In this document: one piece after another, positions 1-11,353 of the stretch
Layout: every line of letters starts with the position of its first letter
How positions within the stretch are numbered: position 1 is the first letter of the stretch
Virus record (IMG/VR): IMGVR_UViG_3300009183_000106
Coordinates: 1-59,595 of that record
Source of the DNA: a virus
Taxonomy: Duplodnaviria; Caudoviricetes
Reading direction: 5' to 3' (one strand)
DNA length: 59,595 bases
Position numbers and translations under genes: made by a program
Notes under the pieces: generated by a model
The model's input: the letters and a program-made list of their open reading frames with translations, nothing else
Databases searched by the model: none
What the model was told of the DNA's origin: nothing

Positions 1-2291
1 ACCCCACACCTGTAACGACTAATTCACCTACTCCGTCAATGCAACTTACTGATGGTTATTTCAGTGGAACGTCATTGAATGTTAGTGATAGTGTGGTCGC
101 GGTGGTTAGGGCAACTAATACAGGCAACCAATCACACACAATAACTTTGGTCACTGAAGGTTCACAACATTATTCATATGCGGTTTCAACAATACCAACA
201 CAACAAGGTTTAACCTGCGATACTTTAAGTGGTTGTAGTGTTATTCAAACAATTCAAACTAATATTTCAAATAAGTTTGATAAAAGTGGGGGAACAGTAT
301 CGGGGGACACAACATTCACAAATGGATTAACCGCAACTACAATATCGGGTACAACATTTTATGGTGACGGAACAAACTTAACAGGTGTTGTTAAAGGTTC
401 AGGTACAACAAATTATATACCAAGATGGACAGGAACAACAGGATTAGGTAATAGTTCAATTACAGATGATGGAACTACCGTAGGAATAGGTGGGGGAGCA
501 GCCGTTACAAAGTTATATGTACAAGGTGATGGTACTCAAACTTATGCAATACAAGCAACAACACCTGCGGTTGGAGGATATGGTGTTTATTTTTATAGTT
601 ATAATGGTGGAAAATTTGAAGGTTTTGGAAATGGAAGTTCTGCAACAAGTTACGGTGTATTTGCAACGGCACAAGACAGTATAACAAATATAGGCGTATA
701 TGGTATTGCTAGTGTTGATAGTTATGGTGCAACTACCAATATTGGTGGACGTTTTTTAGCACAATCAGCTACTAACAATTATTCATTACAACTTGAGGAT
801 GGTACAGAAGGACTTAATAAAGTGTTGATATCCAAAACCTCTGATGGTAAATCCAATTGGAGTTCAAATTTAACAGGGTTAACATCAGTATCCGCAACAA
901 CAGTAAGTGCAACAACATTAACTTTAGTTTCTGCGAATGTACCACCAACCCCATCTGTCTCAACACCATTCATTGATGATTATACTAGGGGTACCCTTTC
1001 CCCAGGAGGAACACCATCCCTAACATACACAAACACAAATACAGGTACAGGAAATGCCACAATAGTAACTAATTATTTGAATATTGCTAATGGGGGTACT
1101 GCCGGACAATCTTACACAACAGTTCCTCTTTCAGGATTTGGTTCACCATTTAACCCAACATTATCAAGTAATAACTCATTATCTACAATTGAGTGGACTT
1201 TCAATTTAAGGACTAATAGAGCGTCAATATTTGCGGGATTTGGGGCTTCCTCATACGCAGGGGCGGTTGTGTTAGCAGGATCAAACACTAACTTACAAAG
1301 TACGGGTAGTGGTTACGCATTAGTCTATGGTACGACAGGTACACGAAATTGGAAACTTGTTAAATATAATAATGGTCTTGCGGGGACTCAAACAGATATT
1401 ATTACTGGTGGTCTTTTCGCAGGTAACACAAATTATGTCAGTGCTAGAATTGTATACACTCCATCAACAAATACTTGGTCATATTACTTTAGAGATGATG
1501 GAGCATCTGCATGGGGTGATCCAACAACAACAAGTACATTAATAGGTTCTGCGGTTGATAGCACATACACCTCAACACTTATGAGTGTGTTTGGGGTATT
1601 CTTCAATTACTCTACTGCAGCATCACAAAATTTACAATTTGATAATTTAAGAGTACAACAAAGTGTAAGTGCAAGTGCAACTACTATAGACCAATTAACA
1701 TTAAAAAATAATAGTGGTACTGAGGTTTTCAAAGTAAAAGATGACGGTACAACAACTATCGCAGGAACTGTAACATCGTCAATCGGTTTCTTTGGGTCTT
1801 TTTCAGGTACTTACACAGGTAATGGAAGTTCTTTAACTTTAGGTCAATCAGGTATAATGGTTACGGGTACCTCCCAATTAAATCTTACAAGTGCAACAAC
1901 TGCGTTGACTTTAATTCCAGGTTTATCAACAACATTTACAGTTTCGGGTCAAACAATGGTCTACATACAGACAAATGGTGGTGTTAATACACTTGCAACA
2001 ACTTCAACAGGTGGTTCGGCATTAGATGTTGCGATTTTAGTTGATGGTGCGGTATTATCAGCAGGTGGATATCAAAGAATGTATGCGGATAACCCAACGG
2101 CAGCGGCACTTGCTAACGTTACGAACTGGGTTGCCAATTGGAATACTTCAGTAATACTTACTTTAGCCGCAGGATCACATACAGTTGAAGTGGATGCGGT
2201 CTATGTTCAGGGATCTTCCGCATCTGTTAGTGGGATTGCCAATTCAATAAAACAAGGAACATTAACAGTAATGGTTTTAAAAAATAATTAA
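1..2291 (+). CDS. Tail-fibre-like / virion surface protein, 5'-truncated (G/T/S-rich, lectin-like central domain, C-terminal beta-sandwich)
   Basis: Frame is open upstream of the Met at 39 (PTPVTTNSPTPS), so the gene begins before the window. Fibre-like motifs KFDKSGGTVSGD, FYGDGTNLTGV, GSGTTNYIPRWTGTTGLGNSSI, KVLISKTSDGKSNW. Confidence 0.65.
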   Translation, partial: PTPVTTNSPTPSMQLTDGYFSGTSLNVSDSVVAVVRATNTGNQSHTITLVTEGSQHYSYAVSTIPTQQGLTCDTLSGCSVIQTIQTNISNKFDKSGGTVSGDTTFTNGLTATTISGTTFYGDGTNLTGVVKGSGTTNYIPRWTGTTGLGNSSITDDGTTVGIGGGAAVTKLYVQGDGTQTYAIQATTPAVGGYGVYFYSYNGGKFEGFGNGSSATSYGVFATAQDSITNIGVYGIASVDSYGATTNIGGRFLAQSATNNYSLQLEDGTEGLNKVLISKTSDGKSNWSSNLTGLTSVSATTVSATTLTLVSANVPPTPSVSTPFIDDYTRGTLSPGGTPSLTYTNTNTGTGNATIVTNYLNIANGGTAGQSYTTVPLSGFGSPFNPTLSSNNSLSTIEWTFNLRTNRASIFAGFGASSYAGAVVLAGSNTNLQSTGSGYALVYGTTGTRNWKLVKYNNGLAGTQTDIITGGLFAGNTNYVSARIVYTPSTNTWSYYFRDDGASAWGDPTTTSTLIGSAVDSTYTSTLMSVFGVFFNYSTAASQNLQFDNLRVQQSVSASATTIDQLTLKNNSGTEVFKVKDDGTTTIAGTVTSSIGFFGSFSGTYTGNGSSLTLGQSGIMVTGTSQLNLTSATTALTLIPGLSTTFTVSGQTMVYIQTNGGVNTLATTSTGGSALDVAILVDGAVLSAGGYQRMYADNPTAAALANVTNWVANWNTSVILTLAAGSHTVEVDAVYVQGSSASVSGIANSIKQGTLTVMVLKNN

Positions 2292-2292
2292 T

Positions 2293-2640
2293 ATGAATTA
2301 TACAGATTGGAATATATTAGTAATAACCCTTTATCAAAACGGGGTAACAATACATAAAAGTTCAACCATGAGAGTTGACATTGAAAAGATGGATAGTTTA
2401 ATGGTTAAAACATTATTGATTGATGTTTTATTTATGATGACATCCGAAACTTTTAAAACTCAAACTAACTCAGATTTACCCTTAAATTGTAATAATTGGG
2501 ATGAAATGAGTCTATCGTTATTTTTATATGATAATGAATATAAAAATATTATTTTAAACAGATCAGAATTTACAAGTGACTTACTTGAATCAAATGATTT
2601 TTTATATAACAAATATATTGAATTATTGGGAATAGTATAA
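2293..2640 (+). CDS. Hypothetical protein, possibly a fibre-associated chaperone
   Basis: 115-aa ORF starting 1 nt after the fibre stop; function suggested by position only. Confidence 0.55.
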   Translation: MNYTDWNILVITLYQNGVTIHKSSTMRVDIEKMDSLMVKTLLIDVLFMMTSETFKTQTNSDLPLNCNNWDEMSLSLFLYDNEYKNIILNRSEFTSDLLESNDFLYNKYIELLGIV

Positions 2641-2679
2641 GTAAATCTTACTTAGGTTTACTATTTGATCTAATGTAAA

Positions 2680-2686
2680 TATTTAT
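2680..2686 (+). promoter_or_regulatory. TATTTAT promoter-like motif
   Basis: 5 nt before the ATG at 2692; TTTACT lies 17 nt upstream; same motif precedes about 20 genes. Confidence 0.55.
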
Positions 2687-2691
2687 GGTAT

Positions 2692-2931
2692 ATGTTAGTA
2701 TTACAAATTGATAGTATCACAGGAACAACATTACCCTATATTATATATGTGTGTGACGTATATGGAAATCAATGTGCGGTTCTATCATACATAAACACTC
2801 CAATACCTCCATCAATAACGTTAAACATACCTTCCCAATTTAATAACGTTCCGGCAATAGGAATTAAAATAATTGACGCAAATGGTTGTGAAGAATTTTC
2901 CATATTAAATTGTGGTGAGGGATCTTTTTGA
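2692..2931 (+). CDS. Small Cys-containing protein, stand-alone paralogue of the N-terminal domain of the mucin-like protein
   Basis: PYIIYVCDVYGNQC...IKIIDANGCEEF aligns with [14 protein letters not shown]...[12 protein letters not shown] of ORF 3021. Confidence 0.7.
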   Translation: MLVLQIDSITGTTLPYIIYVCDVYGNQCAVLSYINTPIPPSITLNIPSQFNNVPAIGIKIIDANGCEEFSILNCGEGSF

Positions 2932-3020
2932 TGGTCAAAAATAACATCGTAAATAATTCACACCAATTATAATCCACAATAAGATTTTGGAATTATATAG
3001 GTGTTGATATTTATTATCAA

Positions 3021-6000
3021 ATGCCGTATCAAATAACATTAACAGTATCGACAGGAACACCACCATATAATATTTTTGTATGTGATGTAACAAACACGTA
3101 TTGTTATTATGCGACGACATTTGGTGGGGGGACAACGACTTTTTATTCCCCATCACCATTAGATGAAACAACCCCAATTTTAGTAAAAATAATAGATTAT
3201 CAAAATTGTGAAACATTCCAATACTATCAATGTGTTCCAACTAATACCCCAACCCATACACCAACATTAACCCCAACCGTAACGGGTCCTTGTACTTGTT
3301 GTTGTCTTGCGGTTAGTTGTAATAATATCAATGGGGGATCTTTTACATATACAGATTGTTTTGGAAATGTAATTGGTAATGTTCTTGTTGCCGGTAATTC
3401 AATTGTATATTATTGTGGTAGTAATGTAACAAATTTAAATAATGTTATTTTAAATTATGGGTTACCATGTATTGATAATAGTTGTGTTTTACCAATACCA
3501 ACCTTAACCCCAACACCAACGGCAACATTAGCCTCTACATCAACGCCAACACCAACGACTACATCAACTAATACCCCAACATTAACTCAAACGTTAACTT
3601 CAACGCCTACAAACACCCCAACATTAACTCAAACGTTAACTTCAACGCCTACTAACACACCTACGTTAACACCTACTAATACCCCTACATTAACACAGAC
3701 ATTAACTCAGACGTTAACACAGACACCTACAAACACACCTACAAACACACCTACGTTAACTCAGACATTAACACCGACTCAGACATTAACACAAACTTTA
3801 ACACCGACTCAGACATTAACTCCGACTAACACACCTACGTTAACACAAACTGTAACTTCCACCCCTACTAATACACCAACGTTAACAAAAACATTAACAC
3901 CAACACCAACTAATACTCCGACTTTAACACAGACATTAACTCCAACTAATACCCCTACGTTAACAAAAACATTAACGCCTACCCCTACTAATACTCCGAC
4001 GTTAACAAAAACATTAACGCCTACCCCAACTAATACTCCGACGTTAACTAAGACTTTAACACCAACCCCAACTAATACGCCGACATTAACTAAGACTTTA
4101 ACGCCTACACCAACCAACACACCTACGTTAACTCAAACTGTTACCCCTACACCAACCAACACTCCGACGTTAACTAAGACTTTAACACCAACGCCAACTA
4201 ATACACCAACGTTAACTAAGACTTTAACTCCGACCCCTACCAACACACCTACGTTAACCCAAACGTTAACCCCAACCCCTACTAATACGCCTACGTTAAC
4301 CCAAACGTTAACCCCAACTAATACTCCAACTTTAACACAGACATTAACACCAACGCCAACCAATACTCCTACATTAACAAAAACATTAACCCCAACACCA
4401 ACCAATACAACTACATTAACTCAAACATTAACCCCAACCAACACACCTACGTTAACTAAGACTTTAACCCCTACACCTACTAACACTCCGACGTTAACTC
4501 AAACTGTAACGTCTACTCCGACCAACACACCAACATTAACTCCAACGTTAACAAAAACTTTAACCCCAACACCAACTCAGACTGTAACTCAGACTGTAAC
4601 TCAGACTGTAACTCAGACTGTAACTTCTACGCCAACTAATACTCCGACGTTAACTCAAACGTTGACAACAACTCCTACCAATACTCCGACGTTAACAAAA
4701 ACTTTAACCCCAACACCAACGTTAACTCAAACTTTAACTCAGACGTTAACTCCAACGCCTACATTAACACAAACCGTAACTTCTACACCAACAAATACTC
4801 CGACCAACACACCAACATTAACTCAGACTTTAACACCTACTAATACTCCGACGTTAACACAAACAGTAACTTCTACACCAACTAATACCCCTACATTAAC
4901 ACAGACTTTAACACAGACTTTAACTTCAACCCCAACTAATACTCCGACATTAACATTAACACCAGGATCAACACCTACTCCTACACCTACAATTACATTA
5001 ACCTCAACACCTACTAATACTCCGACATTAACAGGAACATTAACACCAACCCCTACTAATACTCCAACATTAACTCAGACGGTAACAAAAACTTTGACAC
5101 CAACACCTACTAACACACCAACGTTAACTCAAACTTTAACTCAGACGTTAACTCCAACACCTACAAATACTCCTACGTTAACTCAGACTTTAACTCCAAC
5201 TCCGACTAACACACCTACATTAACTAAGACCTTAACACCAACGCCAACTAATACATCTACATTAACTCAGACTTTAACTCCAACTAATACTCCTACATTA
5301 ACTAAGACTTTAACACCAACTCCGACTTTAACCCAAACTTTAACTCCGACTAATACTCCTACGTTAACACAAACTTTAACTCCGACCCCAACTAATACTC
5401 CTACGTTAACCCAAACTTTAACCCCAACCCCTACTAATACACCTACATTAACTCAGACATTAACTCCAACTAATACTCCGACATTAACGCAGACTGTAAC
5501 TTCTACACCAACTAATACACCTACGTTAACAAAAACTTTGACACCAACACCTACTAACACACCAACGTTAACCCAAACTTTAACGCCTACACCTACTAAT
5601 ACACCAACATTAACTCAGACGGTAACAAAAACTTTGACACCAACACCAACAAATACTCCTACGTTAACCCAAACTTTAACTCAGACGTTAACTCCAACAC
5701 CTACATTAACTAAGACCTTAACACCAACACCAACAAATACTCCGACTTTAACCCAAACGTTGACACCTACTAATACACCTACGTTAACAAAAACTTTGAC
5801 TCCAACTCCTACTAACACTCCGACTTTAACACAAACATTAACTCCTACTCCGACTAATACTCCTACGTTAACTAAGACTTTAACACCAACACCAACAAAT
5901 ACTCCAACATTAACTCAGACGTTAACGCCTACGCCAACTAATACACCTACGTTAACTAAAACTTTAACACCTACACCAACTAATACACCTACGTTAACCC

Positions 6001-7601
6001 AAACGTTAACGCCTACCCCAACTAATACCCCAACAAAAACTTTAACACCAACACCAACATTAACCCCAACACCAACGTTAACAAAAACTTTAACACCTAC
6101 TCCTACTCCAACATCAACATCAACATGTTTTAGTTATACTTTAACAAATACTGGTGGAAATTTTGGACCAAGTTCCGTATACACATTTACACCTTGTTGT
6201 ACCAATATTAATTCATCACCAGTAACTTTAAATCCGCTCGGAGTCGAGTTTACCGAAGTTTGTTCAAGTACAGTACCTGTTTTAACATCTGGGTTTGGAT
6301 CTATCACTTTAAACGGTACTTGCGAGTATTGTGGAACATGCTATTGTTGGGATTTAACTAATAACAATGACGAGTTGACCACATTTACTTATGTTAATTG
6401 TTCAGGGGATACCGTATTGCAAGATGTTAATGTTGGGTCGACAATATCCGTTTGTTCTTCAAGTTATATATCATCAACTGCAATAACAACAGCTACTCGT
6501 AGAGGAAATTGTTCAGGTGGAGTTTGCCCTACACCAACACCAACACCTACTAAGACTTTAACTCCTACACCGACTAATACTCCTACATTAACATTAACAA
6601 AAACATTAACGCCAACACCAACATTAACAAAAACATTAACACCAACTCCGACTAATACTCCAACTTTAACACAGACATTAACCCCAACGCCAACAAACAC
6701 CCCAACTTTAACTAACACTCCAACTCCTACGTTAACTCCGACGTTAACGCCAACAAGAACACCTACATTAACTCCGACGTTAACGCCAACTAAAACATTA
6801 ACGCCAACGCCCACTAGTACTGTACCAGCATTTGTTGGTTTATCCGCTTGTGACCCAATATTTTCAATAGGTAATAATCCCGGGGTTGGATATAATTATT
6901 TTTCTTATAAAGTGTCAACAAATTTAACTCAGAAGATTCTGACACCAATTGTTATTTCATACAATATAGCTCGAACAAACAATAGATTTTGGTTAGAAAA
7001 TGGTAGTTCATCTACGGTAACACAAATTAGGGAATATAGTTTAGTAGAAAGCCCATACAGCGTATCATTAATTAGAACGATACCGGTTAATAATACCTCA
7101 GTGGGGGTTGGATATAATGGATATTTCGCGCTGAATAACACGACTTTACTTGCTAGTAGTGGTTCATATCCTTCATCATTGTATTCCATAGATATAACAT
7201 CGACAGCGGTTACTACATTTAAATGGAATACCCCAGCAACAAGAGCGATTACCGCTAATATTCTCTATACAACAAACGGTAGAGTTTTATATCTTAATAT
7301 GGATACTTCAGCGTCTCAAATAACTTATATAACCCAAAAAGTGTATTCAACAGGTGTTCAAGAGTTTGATGTTCAAATCGGATCCGCTGGAGATACTTTT
7401 CGAAATATGTTCCAAGAAGGTAATTCAATTTACGTCACAAAACTCACAGGACAAGTTTATAGAGTTAACCCATCAAACCCAACACCATTAACTTTAGTTG
7501 GGTCAGTTACTGTTGTTGATCCTTCTCTCTTAGGTGGTGCGGCACAAACAAGTAGTTGTATTACAATACCAATACTCCCATCTTCTTGGGGTACAGTATA
7601 A
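3021..7601 (+). CDS. Mucin-like Thr/Pro-rich repeat protein with Cys-rich modules and a C-terminal beta-rich domain (probable virion surface protein)
   Basis: 1526-aa ORF; about 870 aa of TPTNTPTLT(Q/K)TL-type repeats; Cys modules [23 protein letters not shown]; TATTTAT at 3008-3014. Confidence 0.8.
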   Translation: MPYQITLTVSTGTPPYNIFVCDVTNTYCYYATTFGGGTTTFYSPSPLDETTPILVKIIDYQNCETFQYYQCVPTNTPTHTPTLTPTVTGPCTCCCLAVSCNNINGGSFTYTDCFGNVIGNVLVAGNSIVYYCGSNVTNLNNVILNYGLPCIDNSCVLPIPTLTPTPTATLASTSTPTPTTTSTNTPTLTQTLTSTPTNTPTLTQTLTSTPTNTPTLTPTNTPTLTQTLTQTLTQTPTNTPTNTPTLTQTLTPTQTLTQTLTPTQTLTPTNTPTLTQTVTSTPTNTPTLTKTLTPTPTNTPTLTQTLTPTNTPTLTKTLTPTPTNTPTLTKTLTPTPTNTPTLTKTLTPTPTNTPTLTKTLTPTPTNTPTLTQTVTPTPTNTPTLTKTLTPTPTNTPTLTKTLTPTPTNTPTLTQTLTPTPTNTPTLTQTLTPTNTPTLTQTLTPTPTNTPTLTKTLTPTPTNTTTLTQTLTPTNTPTLTKTLTPTPTNTPTLTQTVTSTPTNTPTLTPTLTKTLTPTPTQTVTQTVTQTVTQTVTSTPTNTPTLTQTLTTTPTNTPTLTKTLTPTPTLTQTLTQTLTPTPTLTQTVTSTPTNTPTNTPTLTQTLTPTNTPTLTQTVTSTPTNTPTLTQTLTQTLTSTPTNTPTLTLTPGSTPTPTPTITLTSTPTNTPTLTGTLTPTPTNTPTLTQTVTKTLTPTPTNTPTLTQTLTQTLTPTPTNTPTLTQTLTPTPTNTPTLTKTLTPTPTNTSTLTQTLTPTNTPTLTKTLTPTPTLTQTLTPTNTPTLTQTLTPTPTNTPTLTQTLTPTPTNTPTLTQTLTPTNTPTLTQTVTSTPTNTPTLTKTLTPTPTNTPTLTQTLTPTPTNTPTLTQTVTKTLTPTPTNTPTLTQTLTQTLTPTPTLTKTLTPTPTNTPTLTQTLTPTNTPTLTKTLTPTPTNTPTLTQTLTPTPTNTPTLTKTLTPTPTNTPTLTQTLTPTPTNTPTLTKTLTPTPTNTPTLTQTLTPTPTNTPTKTLTPTPTLTPTPTLTKTLTPTPTPTSTSTCFSYTLTNTGGNFGPSSVYTFTPCCTNINSSPVTLNPLGVEFTEVCSSTVPVLTSGFGSITLNGTCEYCGTCYCWDLTNNNDELTTFTYVNCSGDTVLQDVNVGSTISVCSSSYISSTAITTATRRGNCSGGVCPTPTPTPTKTLTPTPTNTPTLTLTKTLTPTPTLTKTLTPTPTNTPTLTQTLTPTPTNTPTLTNTPTPTLTPTLTPTRTPTLTPTLTPTKTLTPTPTSTVPAFVGLSACDPIFSIGNNPGVGYNYFSYKVSTNLTQKILTPIVISYNIARTNNRFWLENGSSSTVTQIREYSLVESPYSVSLIRTIPVNNTSVGVGYNGYFALNNTTLLASSGSYPSSLYSIDITSTAVTTFKWNTPATRAITANILYTTNGRVLYLNMDTSASQITYITQKVYSTGVQEFDVQIGSAGDTFRNMFQEGNSIYVTKLTGQVYRVNPSNPTPLTLVGSVTVVDPSLLGGAAQTSSCITIPILPSSWGTV
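3495..6122 (+). repeat. Degenerate coding tandem repeat, (Thr-Xaa)n
   Basis: ACN at nearly every second codon; units such as actaatactccgacgttaactaagactttaaca with free synonymous variation. A shorter block lies at about 6527-6820. Confidence 0.95.
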
Positions 7602-7765
7602 CAAACCGAAAATTGGTTAAAGAAAATGGTTTAGATTATAAATAATAAAAAAACTTTATTTCTTTAACATCACATCCCAAAATACAATATGGGGGGTTGG
7701 TTGTTAATTTAACAAATCTATTTATTTTAAATAATTTCACATTATTTTTTTCTTAAAAAAGAAAT

Positions 7766-9013
7766 ATGAGAATTTTTGTGCAAATTGCATCCTATAGAGA
7801 CCCACAGTTAATTCCAACAATAAAAGATATGTTGGATAAAGCAAAAAAACCAAAAAACATTAGTCTTGGTATTGCAAGACAATTCCACCCTGAAGATGGT
7901 TTTGATGATCTGTCAGAATATGAAAATGACGATAGATTCAGAATCTTAAATATTCCTTATACGGAATCAACGGGAGTATGTTGGGCAAGACATTTAACCC
8001 AACAACTTTATAAAGGTGAGGAATATACTCTACAACTTGATTCTCATATGAGATTTGAACAAGATTGGGATGACACCTTAATTAAAATGATCAAACAACT
8101 ACAGAAGAAAGGACATAAAAAACCTTTATTAACGGGATATGTTTCTTCTTTTGATCCTGATAATGACCCACAAGGTAGAGTTAAAGAGCCGTGGAGAATG
8201 TCTTTTGATAGATTTACACCTGAGGGTTGTGTGTTCTTTTTACCTGAAACAATACCAGGTTGGAGCAAACTAAAAAGTCCAATTCCCTCAAGATTTTATT
8301 CGGCACATTTCTGTTTTACTTTAGGTCAGTTTAGTACGGAAGTACAACATGATCCTGAGTTTTATTTTCACGGAGAAGAGATTTCAATTGCGGTAAGAGC
8401 ATATACTCACGGATATGATCTATTCCACCCACATAAAACAGTCATTTGGCATGAATACACTCGTAAGGGTAGAACAAAACAATGGGATGATGATAAAGAA
8501 TGGGGTAAACGTAATGAAAGATGTCATCAGAAAAATAGACAATTATTAGGTGTTGATGGTGAAACTCCCGATAGTGATTATGGTATCTATGGTTTAGGAA
8601 CAGAAAGAACCGTACAGGACTATGAAAAATATGCAGGACTTTTATTCTCAAAAAGAGCGGTACAACAATATACTTTAGATAAACAATACCCACCAAACCC
8701 TTATAACTATAGTTCTGAAGAGGAGTGGAAAGAGTCATTCTCCTCAATCTTCAAACATTGTATTGATGTTCATTATGGTAGTATACCTGAACCCGATTAT
8801 GATTTTTGGGTGGTGGCATTCCATAATTCAAAGGACGAAACATTATATAGATTAGACGCTGGAATCGATGAGATTAATAGAATGAAAAATGATCCTGATG
8901 GTTATTGTAAAATATGGAGAGAATTTAATGCCACAGATAAACCAACCTATTGGGTGGTATGGCCTCACTCAGTATCAAAAGGGTGGTGTGATAGATTAAC
9001 AGGTAACTTATAA
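7766..9013 (+). CDS. GT60-family polypeptide / Skp1-hydroxyproline N-acetylglucosaminyltransferase homologue
   Basis: Motifs IFVQIASYRDPQL, GVCWAR, LQLDSHMRF (DSH), FHGEEISIAVRAYTHGYDLF, WHEY. Confidence 0.85.
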   Translation: MRIFVQIASYRDPQLIPTIKDMLDKAKKPKNISLGIARQFHPEDGFDDLSEYENDDRFRILNIPYTESTGVCWARHLTQQLYKGEEYTLQLDSHMRFEQDWDDTLIKMIKQLQKKGHKKPLLTGYVSSFDPDNDPQGRVKEPWRMSFDRFTPEGCVFFLPETIPGWSKLKSPIPSRFYSAHFCFTLGQFSTEVQHDPEFYFHGEEISIAVRAYTHGYDLFHPHKTVIWHEYTRKGRTKQWDDDKEWGKRNERCHQKNRQLLGVDGETPDSDYGIYGLGTERTVQDYEKYAGLLFSKRAVQQYTLDKQYPPNPYNYSSEEEWKESFSSIFKHCIDVHYGSIPEPDYDFWVVAFHNSKDETLYRLDAGIDEINRMKNDPDGYCKIWREFNATDKPTYWVVWPHSVSKGWCDRLTGNL

Positions 9014-9031
9014 AAATAAAAAAATAATTAT

Positions 9032-10372
9032 ATGAATTTAAAAATTGCAATTGCTCAGTTCTACACTTCTAACGTATCTTACGGTAAATACACAGAAGAA
9101 ATTAATAAAAAATATTGTGAAGAACAAGGGTATACATATCACGTTGAGAAAGATGATAATAAAATAAACACCGAATTGGAAGGAAGATCCGCAACATGGT
9201 ATAAACCAAAATTCATTGCTGAGGTTTTTGAAACCCATAACCCCGATTATGTTTTATTTTTAGATGCGGATGCTATTGTTTCCGACCCATCAAGAAGAAT
9301 TGAGGAGTTTATTGAAGAAGGATTTAACATTATATGTACAGAAGATTACGGTCCAAGTGTTATAAATGCTGGTGTGTTCTTATTAAAGAATAGTGATTGG
9401 ACTAAAATGATATTAAAAAAATGGTGGGATGTTTGTGATACGTTAACAGGTGGACCTAATAATGAATTAGGTTTTTATAAAACAGGTTTATGGCATGACC
9501 AAACTTGTTTTGGACATCTTATTACTAGTAGGTTAGACTCCAAAGATAATATTAAGGTTATAACTAATAAAGTTCTTAATGGTAGGATATATAAACATTC
9601 CGTTAACAACAATTTTATTTTCCATGCGTTTTCATATGGAGATCAACCATATAGAACTTTTGACCACATTTATAACACGGTCTTTAATATTAATACCGAT
9701 GAAAGAGAAAGTATGAGTAATATTGCAAAAAGATACCCAACAGACAAAGATTTTACCCACAATTATTTTAATTCAGTTTATGAAAGATATTTTTCTCCAA
9801 TCAGAGATGAAGTTAAAAAGTTTTGTGAGGTTGGTGTTGGTGGTTTTTGGGAAGAAGCAGGATGGGTTCCCGGCAATTCATTACGTGTGTGGGATGAGTA
9901 TTTTCCAAATGCTGAAATCTTAGGTTTAGATATTAATTCTTTTAACTTAACTAGTCAAGGTAAAGTTGTGGTTGATTATATTGATCAATCAAATAAAGTA
10001 CTTGTTGATGAATACGCATCAAAAATATCTGAATATGATATCATTCTTGATGATGGATCTCACGTTATGTATGATCAACAAATTACAATGTCGGCATTTT
10101 TTAAATCACTTAAGAGTGGTGGTATATTTGTGATGGAAGATCTTCACACAAGTCCTGAGGTAAGAATGCCAGAAAAGAATGCGATATGGAATTGGGGTGA
10201 CCCAACTAAGATAACAACATTAGAGATGTTGGAAAGTTTTGTTAACACAGGTAAAATTATTTCTGATTACCTATCTGAAGAAGAAAAACTTTATTTAGAA
10301 GAAAATATTAGTTCTGTGGATATTTTTACTGTGGCACCTACAAGTATAACATCTATCATCTATAAAAAATAA
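9032..10372 (+). CDS. GT34 (GMA12/MNN10-like) glycosyltransferase fused to a class I SAM-dependent (sugar O-)methyltransferase
   Basis: N-terminal WYKP, VLFLDADA, INAGVFLLKNS, HDQT; C-terminal TDK..HNY, EVGVG, GLDI, DQS, IILDDGSH, GGIFVMEDL. Confidence 0.8.
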   Translation: MNLKIAIAQFYTSNVSYGKYTEEINKKYCEEQGYTYHVEKDDNKINTELEGRSATWYKPKFIAEVFETHNPDYVLFLDADAIVSDPSRRIEEFIEEGFNIICTEDYGPSVINAGVFLLKNSDWTKMILKKWWDVCDTLTGGPNNELGFYKTGLWHDQTCFGHLITSRLDSKDNIKVITNKVLNGRIYKHSVNNNFIFHAFSYGDQPYRTFDHIYNTVFNINTDERESMSNIAKRYPTDKDFTHNYFNSVYERYFSPIRDEVKKFCEVGVGGFWEEAGWVPGNSLRVWDEYFPNAEILGLDINSFNLTSQGKVVVDYIDQSNKVLVDEYASKISEYDIILDDGSHVMYDQQITMSAFFKSLKSGGIFVMEDLHTSPEVRMPEKNAIWNWGDPTKITTLEMLESFVNTGKIISDYLSEEEKLYLEENISSVDIFTVAPTSITSIIYKK

Positions 10373-10375
10373 TTT

Positions 10376-11353
10376 ATGGTTATAGTTGTTTTATATTGTT
10401 ACATGGTTGATGATTGGTACGATAGGTTATCAAAACAACTTCAAAGAGTTCAAGACAGTTCATTATATGATGAACTTAATGAATTCCATTTAGTTGTTAC
10501 AGATATTAATCAAAATCAAAAAGAGATACTTGATAATTTATTAATTAAATACCCAAAAATTATTTTAGATTATAATACTCGTAATGATTACGAAAGTCAT
10601 GCTCTTTCTAAAATTGATAATATTGCGAGAACATATGGTGATTGTAAAATTTTATATTTTCACACTAAAGGGGTGTCTAACAAATATAAAAATTTAGTAA
10701 CAAATGAACCCTATGATCTAAAAGTTGATGGTATTAAATGTTGGGCAGAATTATTGGAGCATTTTGTTATTGACCACTGGAGAGAATGTGTTAATAAATT
10801 AGATGAATACGATACTGTTGGTGTAAACAATGTCGGTAATTGGTGGTGGGGAAATTTTTGGTGGTCAAATTCAAAACACATAAAAAATAATATACCATTT
10901 GATCAGTATTTTGGGGGATCAAGATGGCAATGCGAATCTTGGTTACACGAATCAAATAAAAACATTGATGACATTAAATACTTTCAATTTCACCACTTTA
11001 ATTACGACCCTTATTATTCAGTCCTACCAAAATACTTTTACGATAATACAGACATATCTAATTTAGAAATTAAAGTTATAGATTCAAAATTTGGATATTT
11101 TGCCGAACAAAGGGATGAAGGTCGAGGATTAAGTGAAAATGAAGACAATATTGTTGATGTAACAAATAAAGTTATTGAACTATTAAAACTTTCGGATAAT
11201 AAAACTTTTGGTTTTTTCCCTGAACAATCTTTTATTGGGGATCACCCATATAAAGGTAACGATAAATCAATTAGGATTTTATTTAAAACAAATATAGATC
11301 CTGAAAAAACATACACCTTAACCTCTTATCACCAAAATATAATAAAATTATGA
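10376..11353 (+). CDS. Putative glycosyltransferase-like protein
   Basis: YE..AL, ILYFHTKGVS and GNFWWSNS motifs seen in glycosylation clusters; operon context. Confidence 0.6.
   Translation: MVIVVLYCYMVDDWYDRLSKQLQRVQDSSLYDELNEFHLVVTDINQNQKEILDNLLIKYPKIILDYNTRNDYESHALSKIDNIARTYGDCKILYFHTKGVSNKYKNLVTNEPYDLKVDGIKCWAELLEHFVIDHWRECVNKLDEYDTVGVNNVGNWWWGNFWWSNSKHIKNNIPFDQYFGGSRWQCESWLHESNKNIDDIKYFQFHHFNYDPYYSVLPKYFYDNTDISNLEIKVIDSKFGYFAEQRDEGRGLSENEDNIVDVTNKVIELLKLSDNKTFGFFPEQSFIGDHPYKGNDKSIRILFKTNIDPEKTYTLTSYHQNIIKL

Noticed and set aside
3809-6814. Minus-strand VGVGVNV ORFs
   Set aside because: Antisense shadows of the Thr/Pro repeat.
7665-7706. G-run as a phase-variation tract upstream of the GT operon
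   Set aside because: Only about six G, intergenic and part of an imperfect hairpin; too weak to support.
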